Source of the DNA: Lingula anatina
Lineage: Eukaryota > Animalia > Brachiopoda
DNA length: 64,000 bases
Reading direction: 5' to 3'
Assembly (NCBI GenBank): GCA_051362555.1
Contig: CM120644.1
Coordinates: forward strand, 17,692,534-17,756,533
In this document: in pieces, positions 1-11,900 of the stretch
How positions within the stretch are numbered: the stretch's first letter is position 1
Layout: each line of letters starts with the position of its first letter
Notes under the pieces: generated by a model
Database searches by the model: none
The model's input: only the letters and a program-made list of their open reading frames with translations
What the model was told of the DNA's origin: nothing
Translations under genes and position numbers: made by a program

Positions 1-139
1 ACAATATTTAGCACTTCTGTATTTTTTTCATGCGATTGAACAGTGCATTTAACTATGCACGTTTGCATAGAACAACTGTAAATTAAGGCGCTTTGTGTGT
101 GAGAGAGAGAGTTTACATTTTTTTGCATTTAATACTTAC

Positions 140-892
140 ATATTTGGCGGTTTCAGATCTCTGTGTGCAACAGGCTCGGGCAGCGTGTGCATATGGTGAA
201 CCGCTGCTGCCATCTGACGCATGAAATCAACCTTTGTTGCCAAGGCAACAGGCGCGTATTTCTTTAAATAGTCTCTCAGATCTCCACAATTGCAATACTC
301 CATTATAATCCAGAAAGAATTACGGAAGAAATGAAAGTCATACAGTCTTATTATGTTAACGTGTTCTGGAACTTTTTGAAGGATTTTTATCTCCGCCATT
401 GCGTCGGCTCCGCCTCTCTCGCGGCGAATTTCTATCTGTTTTGCTGCCACCTGGTAAGGAAAAAATCGTTTACTAATGTCATAAAACTAATCTGAGAATA
501 TGATCTGAAAGACACCACTTACCTGTTTATAACCAATGTTTTTTAGTATTTTAAGGTTCCATTTTTCCCTACAGGCATGACATATAAAAACATATATATA
601 TAGGCCTACTGTATAAAGACCTTATTCAGCTATACTTCTTTCCTTCCTTTTTCTTTCTTTCTTTCTTTCTTTCTATCTCTCTCATTCTTCTTTCTTTTCT
701 TTCTTTGCTTCTTTATCCATTTCATTCTATCACACACACAGTCAATCTTTTTTCATCACACCAACTGACCTCGACATCCCTCTTTGTGTCCACTCCCTTA
801 TAAACCACGCCGAATCCTCCTTGGCCGAGTTTATGCATCAAGTTAATGATGTACTGGCCCATAGGAACGGCGCACTGGGGTGCTTCGGCCAT
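140..892 (-). CDS. Ser/Thr protein kinase, 5' exons only (exon 1 892..770, exon 2 450..140); continues beyond the left edge
   Basis: Spliced translation MAEAPQCAVPMGQYIINLMHKLGQGGFGVVYKGVDTKRDVE|VAAKQIE...IMEYCNCGDL...VAHRDLKPPNI. It shows the Gly-rich loop, VAxK lysine, helix-C Glu and HRDLKxxN catalytic loop. Canonical splice sites (GTCAGT donor, CAG acceptor, GTAAGT donor) are in phase. Subfamily not assigned. Confidence 0.9.
637..720. repeat. (TCTT)n-type pyrimidine-rich microsatellite in kinase intron 1
   Basis: Visible ttcc/ttct repeats. Confidence 0.8.
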
Positions 893-3800
893 TATGTCTC
901 CGACTGTGCCCTCACGGATTGAATACGGGGAAACACTGAAACGAAAGTAGGTTACTGTAATGCGCTGGCTATAGGGGTACATGTAATCTTCTCCCTGGCC
1001 ATAGAGGGCGCTGGTAGTCTGCTACAAAAAGTGAAAAGTAGGGGGGTCGGACTGTTAAAGTGCACCGATTCCCACAGGGCTTCACAGTGTGATTTTGTAT
1101 AGTATTTTTTTCTGGGGGGGGGGGGGGGGGGGGGGGGGTCTGATATCAGAGGGTACATGTTATCTGTGAGGTTTTGTTTTAGGTTCGTTTTCCCGGTAGT
1201 TCATCCATGCTTCTTTGCCTCTCACATGACTGTTAGTCACAGTGAAAACAAAAATAGCGAAGTGGAAAAGTAGGCCTACCTAAACAAATTTGATCAACGC
1301 ATTTCTTTCACTCAATCTGGATAACGACTAATATAGACATTCATACATTCATATAAATACGTGCACTCAAAAACGTACAGTTGATACAGTGTGACAATAT
1401 ACGGTTGAAGGCTAAAACGAAAGTAGGTGAAAAACATTGACATAGCCTACGTACATTTATGCAATGTGTAAATAGGATGAATTTAATGTAGGTTTTTTAG
1501 ACTGAGCAGGCTTGATACAGGCTAGCAATTTATGATTATGAAGAGGTATCATATGCTATTGAATTCATTGCTGATTTGACCTGTTACCTGAATGCCTTTT
1601 TGTACTAGTTGTCTGTGAACGTATAGGCCTATAGCTTGTACTATATATGTAGGCCTGTATACTACATGTATAATAATACTCTCACTGCCCTCTACCAGGC
1701 CCATAGATTGTTTTCGACACACATTTTTAGACTCTGTCCAGCTGGGATTTACGTATGGAAGTTTGTTCACAAAGCTGGCGTCTCATATAGAGTAAATTAC
1801 AATGGCCCTAAAAGTTAAGAGCTAGCTAGAATTTGTAGGCCTACTGCGTGTGGGAGGGCAGCTCGACCCTTGCATTTTACATTGAGGAGAGGGGCCATTT
1901 TTAGGAAAACAAACATTCTTACGACTTTTTATCCCGCTATATCTCCAATGATACGTATATATATGTACGTTTGCTTTAATAACCCGGGACATAGGCCTAC
2001 CTTTAAAGCTTCCGTTTCAGTTCATCGGTTAAAGTCACAAGGATAATTCTATTTTTAGCGCCAGCATTCTTCGACTTAAGTCTACATTTAAAAAGAAGAA
2101 TTTGTGAAAGACGGGGGACACATCGACACATGCATGATGTCTTACCTGAACAGAATCTTCCCCTTTAAAATCTGCCTTATTCCGCTCTTTTTTTGTACTT
2201 TTGTTTATGACTAAAAACCCCGATCGATTTATATAGATTGTAATCGTCGTGTGCTATAAATAGCCAGGGGAATTTTTCATCACGTGATCAATAGCAACTT
2301 TCCAGATAGAAAGTGGGCACATTTTCCTTGATAATAAGCAATCTAACTAGAGTTGTTATTGGCAAACAGGCTTTATTTAGACCCCGTTTTTATACTGATA
2401 GGACCGGGACATTAAAAATAATAGACGATCAATGCCAATCTTAATTAGTATTTTAATACATTAAAACATTAGTTAAAACATTAGTCCTAGGCCTATACCA
2501 ATAATAAGAAGTTTATAATAATAATAATAATAATAATAAGTTTATTAATACGCATATTTTTATGAGATTAATTTTGAGCCCTATGCTCTTTTCTAAACTT
2601 TTCAATGCTCATTGCCACATTAATTGCCTTCCCTTAGCTTTCAAGGCAACCGCTTCTCCCCTTCCAACGAAAAAACGGTATAGAAAGCGATACGATTTTC
2701 TTGACTTACATGTGATGGTAAAACTGCCGTGATTTTGTTTGATGAGCGAAGCCAGACAAATATTTTAAATCTTGTACCCCCCCCCCCTCCTCCCTCCGTT
2801 GCAACAAAACCCTGGGTCGCTGAAAAAAATTATAACTCAAGGGAGGATGGAAGCTGTAGGCCTATTCTGGGTCTTCCACTGGGTCACTATAGTTTTTAAT
2901 TAATATACGTGCTAATAAATGCCCTTCATGCATGCGATTAAGTTAAGGTACAGCTATTTGTAGCACTTTGGCTGAAAAGATACCCCTTTTTTGACCACCC
3001 CTGCCTCTACGCATTGGCTCACGAGTTCTCGTTATGGTGAAATTTCAAAATGTCATAGGCCTACTTAAATTTTGGCAGAGGATTGTGTCATGAATTAGCT
3101 AGAGACACGTCTGTAAATATCTAGTAGAAGTTCAATATATGACCCTGGGAGAGAGAAGGAAATGCCGAAGGAAAAAAAATCCATGTCTCAAGATTTGTAA
3201 GAAGTGAAAAATAATTCGAGTAAAAAGTTGACAAGCCAAGAGAGGTCTACAAAAATAAAAATCCCTTGTGCTAAAACAATTATTCATAATAACACAAACG
3301 AATGTCTATGCAAGACACGTGGAGTTTTTTCTTTGTTAGATACATGCATACCTGAATATACATGTACAGTACTACGGTAGTGTTGTACATATAGATTATC
3401 ATTACTACACATATTGTCAGAATCGCATTCCCTTTCAACCAATAGTGACAGTGTGGTAATATGATAAATACTTTTTTAAACCATGAAGATTTTCACAAAA
3501 TGGCATTTATTAAACTGCTTTGTCAGTTTGTATAATTTATCTGTACTTCTCCGTCTCATGTTTCCTCGTGTCAGCTTTTTGGTCACGCTTTCATCGTAAT
3601 GGTTGCTACATGTGCTATCTACAATGGTTGTTTAGTTTTTCTTTTCATGTCCATTTTTCACTTTCAAGTCATTGCATTTCATTTATTACAAAAATGTGCT
3701 ATATACAATATTCTGACGCGCAGAATATATATTTAAAAAAATCGCATGTTGTTCTTCCTCTCACTGAATGGAAAACAGTAACTTGTTTTTGGTATTTTTT

Positions 3801-4051
3801 CAAAAGAAAAATGGAAACTATTATCTGATACAAAAAAAATCAGTGGATGCTTTTTCATGCAAATCCACATCTATCTTGAAAGTTTAAGCGTCATGTCAAT
3901 TATCTGTGTATCATGAATCCTTTTGCCTGGTGTGGAGTTGTTGACCTTGTTACCTGCTTATCCTTTGTTGTATTTCTAAATATCTCATATCAATAAAACA
4001 ACCAAAAAGAAAACTACTTCATGATGATACATCCCTCATAACACTAATCTT

Positions 4052-7000
4052 TCAGTCATCTTGCAGAGATCTTGAGATGATCTTTAGCCTATTTTTCAGC
4101 TCTTCCTTTTGTTGTTTTAAGCTGGCTTCAGCAGACTGCGCCTCCTCAATTAACTTATCCAGGCGAAGGTTGCAGAACTCCTCAAACCTCTCACTTTCAC
4201 TGAAAAACAACGAATTGACCCCTCTTTCAGAATTCAGTGAATAAAAATTATCATTTTGATATGGCTAAATAACAAAGATATTTTATTTCATCAGTTTTTC
4301 CTTTTTTTCTACCTTTTACCTTTTTTTTTTACATTTCTGTTCTTCCCTCTTTGTTCTAATGACCACAGTATTTTAAATTAATCATCTAATACATCAGCAA
4401 AATTAATATGAAAAAACATGCAGATAAATAGACATAAATGACACTCAATAACAGTTTGGACTGCTTCGGGAATTGCACCAGGCCCGTAGCCAGCAATTTC
4501 AAAGGGGGGGGTTCTTTTTCTGAAAAAGTGGACCTTTTACCATATAATCCCCATGTACCTAGGTCAAATTATACCCAGAGTGGACCTTTTTCCAGCAAAA
4601 AGGGGGGTTCTTTCGAACCCCCTCGAACCCCCCCTGGCTACGGGCCTGTTGCACCCACCTGAACCTCTGTGCCCAATTCTGATACAGTGGTCTTGACTGC
4701 TGTTCAAGGTCTGGAAAACAAACATCATAGGCAACATTCACGGTCTAGTCCACAGATGTAATATGGCAACCTACCGATACTTACACCCCATTTCCATAGA
4801 TTAGATCGACCTACTTTAGATCGACCTAACTCCCTGGGGGTTCATGCTAAATAGCTGTCAGCCGGGCGGACACCAAAGTTAATTACCCCCTTACAGCTTG
4901 TAGTAGGCGGGACGGACTTTTAAGTCGGATTATCTGAAAGTAATCTAGTGAGACTCCCCACGGGGATAGATCGATCTAAAATCTATGGGAATAGAGCCTT
5001 AAAAGCTTGCTGCATAATCCCCTAACAGATACTAAACAGATTCCCCATGGGGTCTACGCAAAAAGCATTCAAGTGGGTCAGCCATATTTGATCCACAGAT
5101 CTGTTAGCCAGCTTCTGTAAATGCTGCCATAAATATTTGTCATAATATAAACTATGTCATGTCTCAATTTCCTTTTTGTCATATAACATTATTTTTTGCA
5201 GCATCAATTTATTTAAAATCTGTATGAAAACTGAAGGAAGCACTTTATACCACACTATTACAGTACATAGAATATTGTTGAGCTAACTCTTAAGTTAACT
5301 TAGATACAGGACATTTACAAATCATCATATCACTGTTCACACATGTAGTATCATCTTAAGTTATATTATCAGGGAATGGTGGGTTGCGTTCACACATATT
5401 TTTGAAAAGGTATTTTTCAGGAGGATTCCATAAAACTGATCGATATTTTTTCATTTCTCCAAGTTCATCAGAATAAGTCTCTTATTTATTAGCTATAATT
5501 TATAAATCAAACATCTACCTTTCATTAACAGCCACATCATGGTTTGTTTCATGTTGCTGTCCACACATGTAAACTGTCCTTTTTTGTCACTGTTATCACC
5601 TCCACCAAATACCATCCCACTGGCCACTTTACCACCAGTCAATAGAGTAAGCTGGCTGTCACAAGGGCTGCTACGTCCACCTTTGCTGTTCGCTTCACAC
5701 CCTACTGCACCTTGATACAAAATGAACAACAAAGGATAAAAAAAAAAAACAATCGCTATACCCAGTAAATCAAATTGTCCGTTCTCAGTCTATGCTATTG
5801 CTAGTAAATAAATATCATTACCATTATAATGGAATGTTTTCTATAGCTTCTCTGCTCTAAAAAATATCTTTTAAATTAGAATTATATTTAAAATCGTATA
5901 ATGTAAATGCTTTTTTTTTGTTCTAGTATGAATGAATGTACTGGTGGAATTTTGCAGCCAGTTAATACAATTTCTTTTATGTCAGTTTTATGGCATCATT
6001 TGTTTGGTATTATTAGTACTCGTACCCAAGATATATTCTGTCAGCCTTTCTGATAAGACTGAATGATGCCTGTTCAGTCAAATGTTCAATCCCTATAAAT
6101 TTACAGCCACTGCAGTAATGACAATTTTGTCATCAAGGAAAATTGTGCATTTTGTATATTTTTTAAGTCACAAATTCTTACAGTTAAAACATTCCTGGCG
6201 AGTTGGAGCAACAACACTTAAAAGCAATTTACCTTATAGTTCTGTTGTATACAACAAAAGCATCACAAGTGCTATGCAGAAATATTATTTCCAATTCAAA
6301 AATAATGTATCTGAAAGACTGATAAATTTTTCCATTGAAAATATCAAGTCATTACTGTAATGAGTCTGAACAAGAAGCACCAGGCCCGTAGCCAGCAACC
6401 CCTGACCCCTGACCCCACCCCACCCCACCCCCCACCTCAGCTAGAGGCCTTAGCTTCATGCCACATACCACCAAACTGGCTACAGCCCCCATCATTCTCA
6501 AGCAGATGTGGTCCAGCTGAAGATGTCCCCTTTAACTGGCCATCGTCCTGTCCACAGTTATCATCTAATCTGCTGTGCTGACTTGCTGACCTCTCCTGGA
6601 CACTACACTGGCCATCACCTTGGTGGGGTGTGGTTTTAGAGCTACTGGCCATTTCTTACAGGAAAAAAAAAGATTAAAGTATGCATTAGCCTAAGAATTA
6701 AAAACCCAGATCTACAATAAAAAACTGACAGTCTGACATGGAACAAATACTCCTTAGCACTGTAGTACATGTAGCTCTTAATTTTTTTTTTTTTTGGGGG
6801 GGGGAGGGGAGATTTTTTTTCTCTTTATCATATGAAATAGAGTTATGTAGTGAAAATTGAGAGTTATGCAGTGAAAAAATCACAAAGATATACACAGTAC
6901 TGACACAAAAAAAAAAGCAGCAACAAAAATTTAATAGTTAAATTTTTAAATATATTTTACATGATTAAAGTTGAATAAAAACACACACACACACACACAC

Positions 7001-7222
7001 ACAAAAAAAAATCAGAATGATAGAGAAAAGTGCATGAGATTTGGAATGAAAAATACCTGTTTTTTCATCACATGAGGCAGACTCTTGTTCCATACCTCTA
7101 TTATCACAATTACCAGGATAGAGAACAGAAGTAACTGGGATATCTGGGGTGCTTGGGAGGACAAATCCTTCACCCTCAAAATATGAAAATAAATGAATAA
7201 TAAATTTTACTACCATCATTAG

Positions 7223-7313
<91 letters not shown>

Positions 7314-7963
7314 AATCTTGATATGAAATGATAATATGAGAATGATAATAACAATAATCTTGACATAATGAACTTTATTATTAAAAGTATGAGGATAGTC
7401 TGGTTGTTTGATGTTTTTAAATGCAAGGAAAATTAAATTTAAACTTGAAATAAAGATAAAAATTCATGAATCAACCATATACTTCTTGAAAACATGCCAG
7501 TTGGATATATATATATATATATATATAGCAGGTTCATTAACTCTTTGTATCTTAATTATGGTATTGCTTACATCCAGTTTTCTTCTTTTAGGACTGCCAA
7601 CTCTGGAGTGCAAAGAAAAATTGTTATAGTCTTGTGTACGTTTTGAACAGCAAAGTCGAAATGTTTCTGTTAATCAAAAATCGGATTTACCAGTATCTTC
7701 TATCACTTGGGGTGGGAGAGTTTGGGGATAATATTCATTGATTCACTAGCTGTATCTGAATAGATTAAAACTAATTTATGCAATCCCCAGATGACTGCAG
7801 AGAATCATTAAAATTAATCATATAAAATGTTATTCTCAGACAAATTTAAGTAAGTTTGATGTTAAAAAAAAATCAACACACTGACAAAGAAACGTACGTA
7901 CTCATCATGTAAAACCTCAGAAACAATTGCTCCTTTTTCTTCTTTTTGTTCTATCTCAGACAT
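4052..7963 (-). CDS. TEX12: TEX12-like protein (synaptonemal complex central element) with a long low-complexity N-terminal extension
   Basis: Phase-consistent exons 7174..7057, 6654..6469, 5710..5519, 4710..4659 and 4199..4052 end in ...MWLLMKDLEQQSRPLYQNWAQRFSESERFEEFCNLRLDKLIEEAQSAEASLKQQKEELKNRLKIISRSLQDD*. By eye this aligns to the vertebrate TEX12 core as I recall it (KDL..SK...YAKLLSE...[33 protein letters not shown]). The upstream exons (7666..7572 containing SPKRRKLD, and an ATG exon from 7963) are tentative. Confidence 0.65.
4479..4648. mobile_element. MITE with CAGGCCCGTAGCCAG terminal inverted repeats (hAT-like), copy 1
   Basis: 15-bp TIRs and TTGCAC target duplication; near-identical copies at 20843-21009 and 24296-24478. 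Confidence 0.85.
4784..4998. mobile_element. PIF/Harbinger-type MITE (TTA target duplication) nested in an older MITE remnant (~4735-5125)
   Basis: Imperfect TIRs with tta on both sides; reverse-complement copy at 41079-41293 and related copy at 48472-48696. Confidence 0.85.
7226..7312. repeat. (TAA)n immediately followed by (TTA)n microsatellite
   Basis: Direct reading; explains the poly-Ile ORF 6965..7426. Confidence 0.9.
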
Positions 7964-8932
7964 GCTGTCTTTGGTAGTACTACAAGAAGACTTAATAGTA
8001 CATCATGCTGGAGAAACAACAACAATTACAGTTTTACGTTTAAATTGGTCGTCTTAATACTAAGTTGCACAGTTTAAAAAACTTATCGCGTCTTTAAGAT
8101 AAACAATGTAAGAACACCTTAAATAAACAAAAATACATACTTTTTCTAAAAATCAAAATTTTCATCCACAGTACTCTAAATCAACAAATTAAAGTTAAAC
8201 ACACAAATATAAGCCCAGCAAACAGACGATCCAACTTCGTGGTGAGTAAATCATACCTCCTTTACAGAAGAACATTTCCAATAAAATACAAAGTCGGGGA
8301 AAGGTTTGAATCCATCAAATATACATATTCATATAATTTTGAAATCTTTAAAAAATAAAAAATTCAAAATTCTTCATATACCATCAAATTGCCTGGGTTT
8401 GACAAGGCATCAATAAATATTCTACAGCTTCCAGCATGTCTTATCTTGTAAAGACCGCTGGAGGTCGCCATATTGAAAATTTTAGACGTTTGTAAATAGT
8501 AAGTCTCAAATAGCTGCAAATTATCGGTAAGTAATTCAAATATGAGATTGAGAAGATGAGTTTCTTATAAGGGTGCACAATTTAACATATATGTTCAAAT
8601 TAGAGCCACATTTAGTTCCTCGGAATTTGTAAACCTTACCAATGATCATTGCTAATATTAATTTGATGACACAACTCGTCAACCGTACGGAATTGCATCG
8701 GTTTTCGGCTTTGTATGCAAAGCACTAACCGCTAGCAAGACCTAAATTATCTTGTGCTCCAAATGTGATAGGCTATGAGTCTCCACGCCATGGGAAAAAT
8801 GATGTTCCCTCCATCGTATAATATATAGAATAACATCCATAATTGCTTCCTTATCATTTCACGCCCAACTTTGTGAGTTAGTCAGTTTACTTAAATTCTT
8901 TCATTTCTAATAAGGCAGACGTATTCAAAATC

Positions 8933-11900
8933 ATGATGAATGTGCAGACCCCGGTGCAGCCACAGCCTCCAGTGTTACAACAGGTGGACAGAGAGAAGAT
9001 TTACCAGTGGATTGTAGAGCTGGCTAGTCCTGACACTAGAGAAAATGCTTTACTGGAACTCAGGTAATACAAATTAATGTGTACATATACTTTCTGGGGT
9101 AAGTAGTATATCAGGTCCTTGCATTGACATCATTTCTCATTTGGTATGACCAGGCTGTCCTACTCGGGACTGTTTTCTAAGATCATTTTTATGTACAGAC
9201 ACAGATGTGTCTGTACATATAGCCATCATCTGCGTCTGTCGTCGCCGTCGCCTTCGTCGCCGTGCACTCTTACCGATAACACGATAAGTGGAAAACTGTT
9301 TTTTCTTTTGGCTTGAAACTTGCAGAACTGACGAATATTCGTAATACGCAGGTCAAGTTCGAAAATCAGCATGATCGGGTCACTTATAGGGAATTTATGC
9401 TGTTTTTTCACTTTTTTCAGCATATATGCAGCACCGATAACACGATAAGTGGAAAATCATTTTACCTTTTGGCTTGAAACTTACAGAACTGATGAATATT
9501 CATAATACGCAGGTCAAGTTCGAAAATCAGCATGATCGGGTCACTTATAGGGAATTTGTGCTGTTTTTTCACTTTTTTCAGCATATATGCAGCACCGATA
9601 ACACGATAAGTGGAAAATCATTTTACCTTTTGGCTTGAAACTTACAGAACTGATGAATATTCATAATTCGCAGGTCAAGTTCGAAAATCAGCATGATCGG
9701 GTCACTTATAGGGAATTTATGCTGTTTTTTCACTTTTTTCAGCATATATGCAGCACCGATAACACGATAAGTGGAAAACCATTTTACCTTTTGGCTTGAA
9801 ACTTACAGAACTGATGAATATTCATAATACGCAGGTCAAGTTCGAAAATCAGCGTGATTGGGTCATTTTTAGTGAATTTAGGCTATTTTTTCTCTTTTTT
9901 CAGCATATATGCAGCACCGATAACACCATAAATGGAAAACCATTTTACCTTTTGGCTTGAAACTTACAAAACTGATGAATATTCAAAATACGCAGGTCAA
10001 GTTTGAAAATCAGCATGATCGGGCCATTTTTAGGGATGTTATGCTGTTTTTTCACTTCTTTCAACATATATGCAACGCTAATAACACAATATAAGAAAAA
10101 CAGATAGGCCAATTGTCATTATACTCACAGGAGTAGTCAAACTAACTAAAACGCAGGTTGAGTTCCAAAATCAGCATAATCGGGCCATTCTTTTAGAAGT
10201 TATGCTGTTTTTTCACATTTCCTCAGATTCAATTGTTAGGCATATTAACAGTCTCATTATTGAACTAATAAGATATGTAAAAGTGTTTGTTTGACATTTC
10301 CTGCATCTTAATAACATTGTTAGTTAATTATGTAAAAATGATGGTAAACTTTTTATTGTGTATTATGTTATAAAGTGTCAAAAATGGAAATAAACAAATA
10401 TCATTGCAGTTTGTCAGATTCAATCATCTACTATATTCATTATCTCAGAATGGAGGAAATAGGACATTTAACACTGTTCTATTGATATTTTTCCCATCTC
10501 ATCAATTTTCTTAGTTGATCATATACAAATGGTAGAAAACTGTTTATTTTGTTTTATGTTAAAAAAGTGTTTTAAAAATGGAAGTAAATCCATTGCAGAA
10601 CAGTGCTGTCTTGTTTCAGCATATATGCAGCACCGATAACACGATAAGTGGAAAACCATTTTAACTTTTCCCTTGAAACTTACAAAACTGATGAATATTC
10701 ATAATACGCAGGTCAAGTTTGAAAATCAGCATGATCGGGTCATTTTTAGGGAAGTTATGCTGTTTTTCACTTTTTTCAACATATATGCAACACTGATAAC
10801 ATGATAAGTGAAAAATCATTTTACCTTTTGACTTGAAACTTGCAGAACTAATGAATATTCATATTACGCAGGTCAAGTTTGAAAATCAGTATGATTGGGT
10901 CATTTTTAGGGAAGTTATGCTGTTTTTCACTTTTTTCAGCATATATGCAACACTGATAACATGATAAGTGGAAAACCATTTTACCTTTTGGTTTGAAACT
11001 TGCAGAACTAATGAATATTCATAATACGCAGGTCAAGTTTGAAAATCAGCATCATCGGGTCATTTTTAGGGAAGTAATGCTGTTTTTTCCCTTTTTTCAG
11101 CATGTATGCAACACCTTTGTGCTATATGATGGTACTGTATGGATGACAGTCTATAAAATTGTCCCTTGGGTGATCACTAATTAAATTAAGGTCTATAAAG
11201 TCACTTGCCTACTCATTAATTTTCAATTGGCCATTAAATGAGATTACATAAAACACTCCTTGATATTTCCCTGTAAAGTCCCATAGGTTTAGCTCTCTTA
11301 ACTGTGTCACAAAATTAGGATTTGGTGATAATTGTGCAGATAAATGGTGTTTAACATTGCAAATAAATTTACAACAAAAAGAATGTGTTATGCCAACATG
11401 CTATAGATGAATAACAGTGCTTTATTTTTCTCAAACTTGGTGGGGTTATTAATATCAAGTTAATGCAGCTAGATTAAAAGTTTGAATAGCAGCTTTATTG
11501 GAATTTTTTACATTTTATTTAAAATTTTTTTAAAATTATTTTTCAAACACAAGCATCTTCAAGATGTGATTTTATACTCCCATCCACCAGAAGTGCTGTG
11601 CATTTTCTGTATTTTTATGTACAGACACAGATGTGTCTGTACATATTGCCATCACCTGCGTCTGTCGTCGCCGTCGCTGATCATGTCGCCGTCGCTGTCG
11701 CCGTCGCCGTGCACTTTCAGCATTAACACCATAAGTGGAAGACAGTTTTACTTTTTGGCTTTATATTTACAGCGCTGACTAATATTCATAAAACGCAGGT
11801 CAAGTTCGAAAATCAGCATGATCGGGCCATTATTGTAGAATTTATGCTGTTTTTTCACTTTTTAGCATATATGCAACACTGTTAACACATTTCAAGGAAA

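Noticed and set aside
6965-7426. 153-aa poly-Ile ORF
   Set aside because: Produced by the (TAA/TTA)n microsatellite; only 7174..7057 is a plausible exon
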